DNA of 64,000 bases from the NCBI GenBank assembly GCA_963771275.1, contig CAVYSW010000010.1, forward strand, positions 1-64,000, given 5' to 3'. The notes under the pieces are model-generated. The model saw only the letters and a program-made list of their open reading frames with translations. It did no database searches and was not told the origin of the DNA. Each line of letters starts with the position of its first letter. The stretch's first letter is position 1. The DNA is from an uncultured Gemmatimonadales bacterium. Its GTDB lineage: Bacteria > Gemmatimonadota > Gemmatimonadetes > Gemmatimonadales > GWC2-71-9. The position numbers were made by a program, and so were the translations under genes. Shown here piece by piece: positions 29,327 through 37,926 of the stretch.

Positions 29327-30208
29327 TCAGGCTCCCGTGGACGGCGTCCGGCGCCGTCGGAGGTCCAGCCCCGCGTCCACCACCCCCAGGAGGACGACGC
29401 CGGGCAGGAGGAAGAATACCGCGACGGCCGCCGCCGCGTACAGCACGGGCCCGCCTCGGGTGGCGCGGATCCCGAACGCGACCACCGCGAGCCCACGCAG
29501 CGCGTACAGGGTTCCCATCACGACCAGCACGTTCAGGCCCAGCGTGCGCGCCGCGGCGAGCCCCGGCACGACCAGCAGCACCAGCGCCACCGCGAGCAGC
29601 CAGCCGAGGTGCTCGGAGAAGCGGAAGTCCGCAAACCGGCCGGGCGGAACCCCCACGGCACGCCCGACCAAGCGTCGGACCAGCACGGCCGCCAGCACGA
29701 GGCTCACGAACAGCTGCAGCCCCATCGCGGCGGGAAACAGCCGTCCGCTGGTGTGAATCAGCTCGTCGAGCGTCCCCTCGAAATCGGCCGTCCCCAGCGC
29801 GCCGCCGTCGGTGGCGGTGGCCATCTGCGCCAGCATCAGCCGCAAGGCGGCTCCCGTCCGGAACTCCACCCACCAGAGCAGGCGCGACCACGACCACCCG
29901 AACGCCACGTATATGGCGGCGGTTCCGGCGGCGGCCACGCCGACCGACAGGAGCGCGCGGTGCGTGACGGACAGGGGGGTGCGGGCTGACAGCACGACGA
30001 ACGCGGCCGTGGCGAGGAAGGCCGCGGCGCGCAACGTCTGATCCGGCAGGGCGCCGGTGCCGAGCAGCCACCACAGCCCGAAGGCCCCGAGTGCCACGGC
30101 GGCCACCCGCAGGCCGGGCCGGGGCCCGCCGGCGAGCGCCAGCAGCACCGCCGCCGGCAGGGCGATCAGGGCCGCCGGAGTGGCCACCGCCAGCGCGAGA
30201 GCCGTCAC
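29327..30208 (-). CDS. DUF2232/YybS-like membrane protein
   Basis: Highly hydrophobic; FRFSEHLGW, YALRGLAV, GVVDAGLDLRRR; position between rpsR and rplI. Confidence 0.8.
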   Translation of the reverse strand: MTALALAVATPAALIALPAAVLLALAGGPRPGLRVAAVALGAFGLWWLLGTGALPDQTLRAAAFLATAAFVVLSARTPLSVTHRALLSVGVAAAGTAAIYVAFGWSWSRLLWWVEFRTGAALRLMLAQMATATDGGALGTADFEGTLDELIHTSGRLFPAAMGLQLFVSLVLAAVLVRRLVGRAVGVPPGRFADFRFSEHLGWLLAVALVLLVVPGLAAARTLGLNVLVVMGTLYALRGLAVVAFGIRATRGGPVLYAAAAVAVFFLLPGVVLLGVVDAGLDLRRRRTPSTGA

Positions 30209-30232
30209 CGCCGCCCCCCCGCCGCCGCCGCG

Positions 30233-30454
30233 CTACCGAACGTAGCCCCGGATGTACGGCAGAAGAGCGAGGAAGCGGGCCCGCTTGATCGCGCCGGACA
30301 GCTGGCGCTGATGCCGCGCGCACATGCCGGAAAGCCGCGCGGGCAGGATCTTGCCGCGCTCGGTCGTGAACCGGGACAACAGGCGCTCGTCCTTGTAATC
30401 CACCACGCGCACCCCCAGCTCGCACACGGGACAGGTCTTCGCACGGCGCCGCAT
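30233..30454 (-). CDS. rpsR: 30S ribosomal protein S18
   Basis: [40 protein letters not shown]. Confidence 0.98.
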   Translation of the reverse strand: MRRRAKTCPVCELGVRVVDYKDERLLSRFTTERGKILPARLSGMCARHQRQLSGAIKRARFLALLPYIRGYVR

Positions 30455-30822
30455 CAGTCGTTCTCCTCCGCGTCCTCGCCCTCGTCGTCATCGAACGGAG
30501 GAGAGACCCGCACGGGTCGTGGGGCCTCGCCCTCGTTGAGGATCAGCAGGTGGCGGATCACGCTCTCGTTGAGCTTGATCGCCCGCTCGAACTCGGGCAG
30601 CGCTGTGGGATCGGCCTCGAAGTGCGTGACCACGTAGTAGCCGACCTCCTTGCCCTTGATGGGGTAGGCCAGCGTCCGCTTGCCCCAGTGGTTCGAGTCC
30701 GTGACCGGCTCCGGCTTGTCCGGCGACTTGAGCAGCGCGTGCATCCGCTCCAGGTGCTCGTTCACCTGGGCTTCCTCCAGCGCGCTGTCCATGATGTAGA
30801 CGATCTCGTAGCGACGAGACAT
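30454..30822 (-). CDS. rpsF: 30S ribosomal protein S6
   Basis: [28 protein letters not shown]. Confidence 0.97.
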   Translation of the reverse strand: MSRRYEIVYIMDSALEEAQVNEHLERMHALLKSPDKPEPVTDSNHWGKRTLAYPIKGKEVGYYVVTHFEADPTALPEFERAIKLNESVIRHLLILNEGEAPRPVRVSPPFDDDEGEDAEEND

Positions 30823-30826
30823 CGCA

Positions 30827-30874
30827 CCTCCCTGTGGACGTTGGGCCCCGGCCGGTGCGGCGCGGAGCAGGGGA
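30827..30874 (-). promoter_or_regulatory. Candidate S6:S18 autoregulatory leader hairpin
   Basis: Minus strand TCCCCTG...CAGGGAGG stem covers the SD, with an inner hairpin and an unpaired CCCA segment, directly upstream of rpsF. Confidence 0.5.
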
Positions 30875-30965
30875 CGGGTTTTCGAACCGCGAAAGCTAAC
30901 GCGGGAGTCTGCCAACCGCCAACCGCCGACTCCTCACCGCTCACCGCTCGGCGCCGAGCCCGCGC

Positions 30966-31559
30966 TCAGAGGTCGTCGGCGGGGCGCGGGGGCGTCCGGT
31001 TGAACCGCGCCATCGCGGTCTCGATGCCCTCGGCGACCCAGCACGCGACCGCCTCGATCATCGCGGGCCGGAGCGCCTCCAGCGTGCGCACCTCCGCGTC
31101 GTCGAACCCGTCGAGCACGAAATCGGCGAGATCGTCGAGTCCCTCGGGGGCGGGGCCGACCCCGATGCGGAGCCGGGCGTACTCGCGGGAGCGCAGCGCC
31201 GCCTCGATGCTCTTGAGCCCGTTGTGACCGCCCGGCGAGCCCCGGGCGCGGAGCCGGAACGTGCCGAGCGGGATCGCGGCGTCGTCCACCAGCACGAGCA
31301 GGTCGCGCGCCGGGCTGAAGTCCGGCTCCTCGAGCAGCGGGCCGATCGCGTCGCCGCTGCGGTTCATGTACGTGTGCGGCTTGACCAGCAGCACGGTCTG
31401 GCGCAGCACCTCGCCGTGCGTCACGCGCGCCGGACCCACCCGGCGGAACGGCGGCAGGCCCCAGCGCTCCGCCAGCAGGTCCGTCAAAACGAACCCGGCG
31501 TTGTGCCGCGTCGCCGCGTACCCAACGCCGGGGTTCCCGAGACCAACGATCGCGCGCAG
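30966..31559 (-). CDS. pth: Peptidyl-tRNA hydrolase; CTG start
   Basis: RAIVGLGNPG..Y..TRHNAGF, KPHTYMNRSG, GGHNGLKSI, RLRIGVG. Confidence 0.97.
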   Translation of the reverse strand: MRAIVGLGNPGVGYAATRHNAGFVLTDLLAERWGLPPFRRVGPARVTHGEVLRQTVLLVKPHTYMNRSGDAIGPLLEEPDFSPARDLLVLVDDAAIPLGTFRLRARGSPGGHNGLKSIEAALRSREYARLRIGVGPAPEGLDDLADFVLDGFDDAEVRTLEALRPAMIEAVACWVAEGIETAMARFNRTPPRPADDL

Positions 31560-31562
31560 CGG

Positions 31563-32225
31563 TTACTCCTCGCTTTCCTCGCCCTCTTCCTCTTCCTTCG
31601 GCTTGCGGATCAGCTCGGGCTCGGCGGCCTCTTCCGGCGTGACGACGGGGGCGACCTCCTCGGCCTCGACGCGCGGCGGCACGACCGTGCAGACCGCGGT
31701 GGTCGGCTCGCTGAGGATCTCGGCGTTGGGGATGGTGAGGTCGCTCACGTGCAGCGACTGGCCGACGCGCAGCTCGGTCACGTCGACGTCGATGTGCTCC
31801 GGGATGTCCGTCGGCAGGACGCGGATCCTCAGCTCGCGGATCAGCTGGTCGAGCACGCCCCCGCCGTTGCGCACGCCGTCCGGCGCGCCCACGAGATGGA
31901 TCGGCACCTCGAGCGCCACCTTCTCGCCGGCGTGGATCTCGTAGAAGTCGACGTGGATGATCTGGGGCCGGTACGGGTGGCGCTGAATCTCCCGGATCAG
32001 CGCCCGCACCGGAGTGCCGTCGAGCGCCAGCTCGAACAGCGTCGCCTCGGCGGCGATGCCCGTGAGCGCCCGCTCCAGGTCCTTGGCCCCGATCGAGAGG
32101 GCCTCCGGCGCGCGGCCGTGTCCATAGATCACGGCGGGAACCCGGCCGTGCAGCCGCAGCTGGCGGGCCCCGCCCTTGCCACTGGCCGTGCGTCGCTCGA
32201 CGGCAATCGAAATCGTCTGGGACAT
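31563..32225 (-). CDS. rplY: 50S ribosomal protein L25/Ctc
   Basis: GKGGARQLR..GRVPAVIYG, HVDFY, GVRNGGGVL. Confidence 0.97.
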   Translation of the reverse strand: MSQTISIAVERRTASGKGGARQLRLHGRVPAVIYGHGRAPEALSIGAKDLERALTGIAAEATLFELALDGTPVRALIREIQRHPYRPQIIHVDFYEIHAGEKVALEVPIHLVGAPDGVRNGGGVLDQLIRELRIRVLPTDIPEHIDVDVTELRVGQSLHVSDLTIPNAEILSEPTTAVCTVVPPRVEAEEVAPVVTPEEAAEPELIRKPKEEEEGEESEE

Positions 32226-32242
32226 CGGGTCTGTCTCCTACC

Positions 32243-33196
32243 TCAATCGAACAGCGAGCTGACCGACTGGTCGCTGTGCGTGTACCGGATCGCCTTGGCC
32301 AACAGTCCCGCGATCGAGAGCGTCTTCAGGCGATCGAATTCCTTTTCCTCGGGCAACCGGATCGTGTTGGTCACGGCGACCTCCTTCACCGGCGTCGCGC
32401 TGAGCCGATCCACCGCCGGCCCCGACAGCAGCGCGTGCGTCGCGCAGCAGTAGACCTCCCGCGCGCCCAGCTTGGTCAGGGCGAGGATCGCTTCCGTCAT
32501 GGTGCCCGCCGTGTCGATCATGTCGTCCACGATCAGGCAATCCCGGTCACCCACCTCGCCGACCACGTTCACCACCTCGGCGATGTTGGCCGAGGGCCGG
32601 CGCTTGTCGATGATCGCGAGCGACGCGTCGAGCCGCTTCGCGAACCCACGCGCCATCTTGGCGCTCCCGACGTCCGGCGCGACCACCACCAGGTCCTTGA
32701 GACGCTTCTGGCGGTAGTGCTGCACGAACACCGGCGACGCGTACAGATGATCCACCGGGATGTCGAAGAACCCCTGCATCTGGTGCGCGTGGAAGTCCAT
32801 CCCGAGCACCCGCTCCGCCCCCGCCGTCGTGATCAGGTTCGCCATCAGCTTGGCGCTGATCGGCACGCGCGGCTGATCCTTACGATCCTGCCGCGAGTAG
32901 CCGAAATACGGCGTCACCACGTTGACCCGCGCCACGCTCGCGCGCCGGGCCGCGTCGATCAGGAGCAGCAGCTCGACGAGATTCTCCGCCGGCGGGTTCG
33001 TCGGCTGGATGATGAAGGCATCCCGCCCCCGTGCGTTCTCGTCGATTCGCGCGAAGATCTCCCCATCCGCGAACCGGCGGATCGTTAGCTGACACAGCGG
33101 CTGTCCCAACTGCCCGGCGACCTCTTCGGCGAGCGGCCGGTTGGCCGTGCCGGAAAGGAGCAGCATGTCTGTCCGGGACAGTGAGACTTCCGCCAT
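32243..33196 (-). CDS. prs: Ribose-phosphate pyrophosphokinase
   Basis: FADGE, PYFGYSRQDRK, VVAPDVG, IDKRR, VDDMIDTAGT. Confidence 0.98.
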   Translation of the reverse strand: MAEVSLSRTDMLLLSGTANRPLAEEVAGQLGQPLCQLTIRRFADGEIFARIDENARGRDAFIIQPTNPPAENLVELLLLIDAARRASVARVNVVTPYFGYSRQDRKDQPRVPISAKLMANLITTAGAERVLGMDFHAHQMQGFFDIPVDHLYASPVFVQHYRQKRLKDLVVVAPDVGSAKMARGFAKRLDASLAIIDKRRPSANIAEVVNVVGEVGDRDCLIVDDMIDTAGTMTEAILALTKLGAREVYCCATHALLSGPAVDRLSATPVKEVAVTNTIRLPEEKEFDRLKTLSIAGLLAKAIRYTHSDQSVSSLFD

Positions 33197-33274
33197 GAGA
33201 GCCTCCTAACATAGCCGGGCGGATCGACTTACGGTAGTGCGGATGCCGCCGGCGAGCCGCGACGCCTGCGCACG

Positions 33275-33541
33275 CTATCCGCGCGCGGCGTCCATCACGC
33301 GTCTCACGAACCAGCAGCTCGGCACGACGGTGAACCGCCGCTCCGCCGCGTACGCCAGCGCGTGCTCGACCAGCCGGTAGCCGACCCCGCGCAGGCGCAG
33401 CGCCGGCGGGACGAAGGTCGTGGCGTAGTCGATGGTATGGTCGTCCAGCATGCGGTAAGCGAGATAGGCGACCTCGCCGTCCACGTCGAGCGTGAAGCGG
33501 CCGGGCTCGTGCCGGATGTCGGAGACCGGTGTCGGCGTCAC
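33275..33541 (-). CDS. Small GNAT family N-acetyltransferase (YjdJ-like)
   Basis: TFVPPALRLRGVG..LV..AL, VVPSCWFV. Confidence 0.85.
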   Translation of the reverse strand: MTPTPVSDIRHEPGRFTLDVDGEVAYLAYRMLDDHTIDYATTFVPPALRLRGVGYRLVEHALAYAAERRFTVVPSCWFVRRVMDAARG

Positions 33542-33551
33542 TCCCCCCCCA

Positions 33552-33623
33552 TTGCCCCCCCAGGATTCGAACCTGGATTCCCGGAGCCAAAGTCCGGTGT
33601 CCTAGCCATTGGACGAGAGGGCA
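33552..33623 (-). tRNA. tRNA-Gln(TTG)
   Basis: Full cloverleaf: TGCCCTC/GGGGGCA acceptor, CCGGA-CTTTGGC-TCCGG anticodon arm, CCAGG-TTCGAAT-CCTGG T arm; CCA not encoded. Confidence 0.96.
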
Positions 33624-33738
33624 GCGTATGAGGCATCAATGTAAGGCTGGATCGGGAATCGTGCAGCGTGCAGCGCCGGAGCGAGCCGTGCACGCCGTGG
33701 TGGTGATTGCGGCGACCCGTTGACCTGTCCCTCCCAGG

Positions 33739-34734
33739 TCAGCTCGCCACGTGGGACTCGGGACCGCGCACCCGCGCCCGTTCGGCGACACGGCGGCTCA
33801 ACCGCCACAGGGCGAGCACGACCGCGAGGCCGACCAGGCTCTTTCCCTCGAACTGCTCCAGGTCACTCATCACCCCGAACAGCACGAAGAACGCCAGCAA
33901 GCCGGCCACCAACGCCAGCCGGTGCCGGTCGTCCCACCCGTAGGTGTTCCCGGACCAGCGGAGCAGCAGCCAGAGCGTCAGGCCGTCGCACGCGAGCAGG
34001 AAGGCCGCCAGAGCGATGAGGGGGGGCCGGATGCCCTGCTCGGGCAAGACGAAGACCGTGGCAAAGACGACCATCATGTTCACGGCACCCACGACCAGGA
34101 ACCGGCGCGGGTGAGGCACCCGGCGGTCCACGATCGGGAGCGGGCGGGCGGTGACCAATCGAGCGGCGACGACGAGGCCCACCAGCACGAGGGTGGTAAG
34201 CGCCCACAGCGCCGGCGGGGGCACGTAGAGCGGGTGGTCGGCCCGGGCCAGCCACGCCAGCACAGGTGCCCAAAGGGCCAGCACCCCCCCGCACAGCGCC
34301 GCTTGACCGCTGGTGAGCCAGGGCGCGTGCCGCCGCTCCGGGAACAGCAGCTCGGTCAGCATCACGCTGGAGAGAATGCTGATGGCGGCGTGGAAGTGGA
34401 TCAGCATGATGCCGTACGTCCAGTTGATCCCGGCGACATGGGTATATCGGCCGATCGCCTCGAGCTCGTACCATTGGGGGTCGAACAGCGCACGCGAAAC
34501 CACGCCCTCCTCGTAGAGGCCGTAGGCGACGCTGAGGAGGAGCAGGCTGGGCCATCCCTTGTGCCAGCGTCGGGTGAATTCGCGGCAGAGCAGCGCGCCG
34601 CAGCCATAAGGGAGGGCGGTGGCGGCGAAGCTGATGGGGTTGAAGAACTCGGCGGGGGGCTGATGTCCGGATACCAACTCCCCCAGCACCGGTGCCAGGA
34701 AGAGCAGGAATAGGGCGGGTCGGGCCGCGCTCAC
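33739..34734 (-). CDS. Hypothetical multi-pass membrane protein
   Basis: About 9 hydrophobic segments; LAPVLGELVSG, YGCGALLCRE, YGLYEEG, HAAISI. Confidence 0.8.
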   Translation of the reverse strand: MSAARPALFLLFLAPVLGELVSGHQPPAEFFNPISFAATALPYGCGALLCREFTRRWHKGWPSLLLLSVAYGLYEEGVVSRALFDPQWYELEAIGRYTHVAGINWTYGIMLIHFHAAISILSSVMLTELLFPERRHAPWLTSGQAALCGGVLALWAPVLAWLARADHPLYVPPPALWALTTLVLVGLVVAARLVTARPLPIVDRRVPHPRRFLVVGAVNMMVVFATVFVLPEQGIRPPLIALAAFLLACDGLTLWLLLRWSGNTYGWDDRHRLALVAGLLAFFVLFGVMSDLEQFEGKSLVGLAVVLALWRLSRRVAERARVRGPESHVAS

Positions 34735-34768
34735 GCCACCACCGGGCTGGCCGCGGGGACGGCGCGCG

Positions 34769-35260
34769 TCAGTCGGGCGAGGGGCGCGACGAGCTGTGAC
34801 CGATCAGGATGCGCCAGCCCCCCTCCCGGTGCACCAGCGTCATGTCCAGCACACCGGCGAACTCCCGGCCGGTGGATCGGCCGGATTCCAGGAACTTGGC
34901 GTGAAACGCCGTAGCGACCGTCGCCACGCCCGGGGCGAGCGGCACGATCTCGGTGTCCCAGTAGTCGGTCTCGATGCCCGTTGCAGGCGACGCGCGGCGC
35001 AGCGACTCCCGGACCTGGCCCGCCGAGCGGTACCGGACCGCTCCCTGCTCCAGCCACCGGAAATCGGCGTCGCTGGCGTAGAGGGCCGCCAGGGAATCCC
35101 AGTGCCCGGCCGCGGAGTATCGGCGAAACGCGTCGAGCGTGGCCTGCACACTGTCCCGAATGGCGGCCGCGTGCGCGGCCGTCAGAGGGTGGGCGGCGGG
35201 CCCGCGGCAGGAGGCGGCCAGGACGGCGCTGGCGGCAAGGAACGGCACGAGACGTTTCAC
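34769..35260 (-). CDS. NTF2/SnoaL-like (DUF4440) lipoprotein
   Basis: SD GGAGGA, lipobox LAASC, WDSLAALYA, GGWRILIGHSS. Confidence 0.8.
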   Translation of the reverse strand: MKRLVPFLAASAVLAASCRGPAAHPLTAAHAAAIRDSVQATLDAFRRYSAAGHWDSLAALYASDADFRWLEQGAVRYRSAGQVRESLRRASPATGIETDYWDTEIVPLAPGVATVATAFHAKFLESGRSTGREFAGVLDMTLVHREGGWRILIGHSSSRPSPD

Positions 35261-35286
35261 GACTCCTCCCGACGGTGTCCCCCGCA

Positions 35287-35357
35287 TTGCCCCCCCGGGA
35301 TTCGAACCTGCATTCCCGGATCCAAAGTCCGGTGTCCTGCCGTTGGACGAGAGGGCA
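35287..35357 (-). tRNA. tRNA-Gln(TTG), second copy with two T-stem mismatches (possible pseudo-tRNA)
   Basis: Same acceptor and anticodon stems as 33552-33623; T stem GCAGG/CCCGG. Confidence 0.8.
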
Positions 35358-35700
35358 GTGTCCGAAAGCTCCAATTTAGGGTGGGATCGGGATTCGTGCA
35401 GCGTGCAGCGGGTAGCGTGCCGCGGCCGTCCCGGGACTTCTCTAGCCATCCCCCCGACCGATACCTATACTACCGAGCGCGGGAGGCAAACCACGGGGGG
35501 GCATGTGCCGTCACCCTGGGCAGCCTCGAGGCTAAAACTCACGCACCGCCGTTCCCTCGCTCCACGCGCGGGACCTGCTTGCCGCCGTATCGGCGCCGAG
35601 GCGTTCCCCCGGGCCATCCAACTCGCCCCCCCCTTACACTCTGCCATCCCGGCTCAATACGGCCGGCTCAACCACCGGAGCGCGGGCGCCATCGAGCCGT

Positions 35701-35753
35701 CGGTCATCGGCCAACGGCCAACCGCCAACGGCCAACGGCTAACGGCCAACGGC
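35701..35753. repeat. Heptamer tandem repeat (CGGCCAA)n
   Basis: About 7 imperfect units; reverse complement of the array at 59253-59315. Confidence 0.85.
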
Positions 35754-35776
35754 AGGGTCACGCATAGGAGGCCAGG

Positions 35777-36900
35777 GTGCTGCAGGAAATCCGAGCCATA
35801 GATGACCCCGAGGGGCTGCGCCGGCTGGCCAGAGAACGACAGGAAGTGGAAGCACACTTCGCCAGGACGGTCCTGGGCGTGTTCGACAGCGGGCTGGCGC
35901 TGCAGAAGCTTCAGCGCGTCGCTCAGGCGTTGATGCGCATGATGGGGGAGGGCCCCTTCAAGGCGATTGATAAGGCCATGAAGCAGGAGCCCAGCTTGCG
36001 GTTGTACGACAAGGTGCAGAAGAACGCGGCCGCTCTCACCCTGTCGTCGCAGTCCCCGGTGCTCCTGAGGAAGCTGGACGCCACCGATTGCGCCGACGTG
36101 ATCCGCCTGGCGGGAGCATGGGTGGAAGCAGGCGGACTGTGCGGTGGGGACACTGTCAAGGAAGCGTTCCGTCCAGGCCAGGCGTTTGGAAAGGGCCTGC
36201 GAGTCAGGAAGTCCGGGCATTACGAGCTGCCGCCTCACCTCCTGCCGCACATGCGCGACCCGAGTGCTTTCGCCGGCATGGCCGGAAAACGCGCCGCCGG
36301 AACCAGCAGCGTCCTGCAACTCGACCGACTGTTCGGCCTGGTAGTCGCGTGCGATATCTCGGGCACCACCGCCGACTGCGTCTTTGCGCTCGAGGTGGTG
36401 GCGCCGCTCGTCCCGCCTCAGCTCCAGATGACGGCCGCTTACCACATGCTGCCCCTGGGGACCATCGTGGCGAACCTGCATCATAGCCTGCTGGAAGTAG
36501 CGCTGGTCCTGTCCCTCAACGACGAGGCGGACTACCACATCGGATTCTTCGACACCCTGAAGCCCAAGCGTGCGCACGTCCTTCCGCCGGAGCTCGGGGC
36601 CATCGAAGGTGCGATGGCCATGGCCGACGACCGGATGAAGCGCCTGGGGCTGCACCACGTTCGCTACTATAGAGGAGACGGAAGTGTGGAGGGTGCCTTC
36701 CAGTTTGAGGGCGTCCAGTTGATGGCCTTGAAATTCTCCCCGATCTCGGATGCCGTGGAGATGCTCGATCGGGCACCATGCCTCGGCGGCTATCCCCAGC
36801 GACATATGGTGGTCGAGCTCCTGCGGTCGGCGGCTTCAGGGTGTGAGGTGCCGAGCCTCGCCCTCGCCTCATTCGTGCGGGTATGGCGTGTGGCGTGTAC
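35777..36900 (+). CDS. Orphan hypothetical protein; true 3' end uncertain (frame stays open to 37309, antisense into ispE)
   Basis: SD AGGAGG, protein-like composition for ~355 aa, more AT-rich than its flanks, DISGTTAD and HHSLLEV motifs. Confidence 0.65.
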
Positions 36901-36904
36901 CGGC

Positions 36905-37792
36905 TCACGTCGCGAGCGGCCCGGGGGCGGGCGCGGCGCGCGTCATGGTGGACAGCAGTCGGTGGCCTCGCTCGCCTATCTCCAGCGCCGCGGCGTCCCG
37001 ATCGCCTGCCGAGCGATACAGCGCGATCAGGGCCGAGCCGGATCCGGAGAGCCGCGCCAGCAGCGGCCGCGTGGCGCACAGCTTCTCGTACAGCGCGCGC
37101 AGCACGGGCTCCTTGCCGAACACGGGAACCTCGAAGTCGTTGCCGCCGAGCCGGGCGATCCCGCCCCAAGTGCCGAACGCCGCGGCATCGAGCACGACGG
37201 GGCCGCGCGGGTGGCCCCAGTCGCGTCCCTGATCGAGCAGCTCGTACGCTTTGGGTGTGCTCACGCCGAACGGCGGCAGCACCAGCAGGGCGGGGGCCGG
37301 CGACGGTGACGCAATGCGGAACATCCGCTCGCCGCGGCCCCAGGCCAGGGCCAGCGGCGCACCGCTCGCGAGGAACGGGACGTCGCTCCCCAGCCGCGCC
37401 GCGAGCTGGAGGATCTCGTTTGGCGGGATCGCGTTTCCCGCGAGCGCGTTGGCCGCGTGCAGCGCCGCCGCGGCATCGCTCGAGCCGCCCCCCAGTCCCG
37501 CCGAGACCGGGATGCGCTTCACCAGATGCATCCGCACGCCGAACCGTTGCCCCGTGGCCTCGAGCACCATCCGGGCCGCCCGGTAGGCGAGGTTGTCCTC
37601 GACCGGACCGGTGTCTGCGCCTTCCACCGTCAGCTCGATCCCGCTCCCGGTTCGCTCAACGGTCAGCTCGTCGGCCAGCTCGAGCAGGACGAACAGCGTC
37701 TCCAGACTGTGGTAGCCCGACGTCTCGCGGCTCAGCACCCGGAGGAAGAGGTTCGCCTTGGCGTGCGCGGCGATCGTGACGCGGTCAGGCAT
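36905..37792 (-). CDS. ispE: 4-diphosphocytidyl-2C-methyl-D-erythritol kinase
   Basis: AKANLFL, GYHSLET, KRIPVSAGLGGGSSDAA, LGSDVPF, LSGSGS. Confidence 0.97.
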   Translation of the reverse strand: MPDRVTIAAHAKANLFLRVLSRETSGYHSLETLFVLLELADELTVERTGSGIELTVEGADTGPVEDNLAYRAARMVLEATGQRFGVRMHLVKRIPVSAGLGGGSSDAAAALHAANALAGNAIPPNEILQLAARLGSDVPFLASGAPLALAWGRGERMFRIASPSPAPALLVLPPFGVSTPKAYELLDQGRDWGHPRGPVVLDAAAFGTWGGIARLGGNDFEVPVFGKEPVLRALYEKLCATRPLLARLSGSGSALIALYRSAGDRDAAALEIGERGHRLLSTMTRAAPAPGPLAT

Positions 37793-37809
37793 CGCGTGGG
37801 CCATAATGG

Positions 37810-37914
37810 ACCGCGGAGCACGCAGAGACCGCAGAAGTGGTCTTGGTCGTTGCGACGGTCGCGGTGGTAGGCGTGGTCATCTGTCTCTCTGCGCGCTCTG
37901 CGTTCTCTGCGGTG
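37810..37914. repeat. Inverted pair of 9-mer tandem repeats
   Basis: ACCGCGGAG CACGCAGAG ACCGCAGAA ... CTCTGCGCG CTCTGCGTT CTCTGCGGT. Confidence 0.75.
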
Positions 37915-37926
37915 CCCCGCCGGCCA

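Noticed and set aside
33552..35357. Prophage or integrative element between the two tRNA-Gln copies
   Set aside because: Only 1.7 kb with no integrase or phage genes; kept only as a duplication finding.
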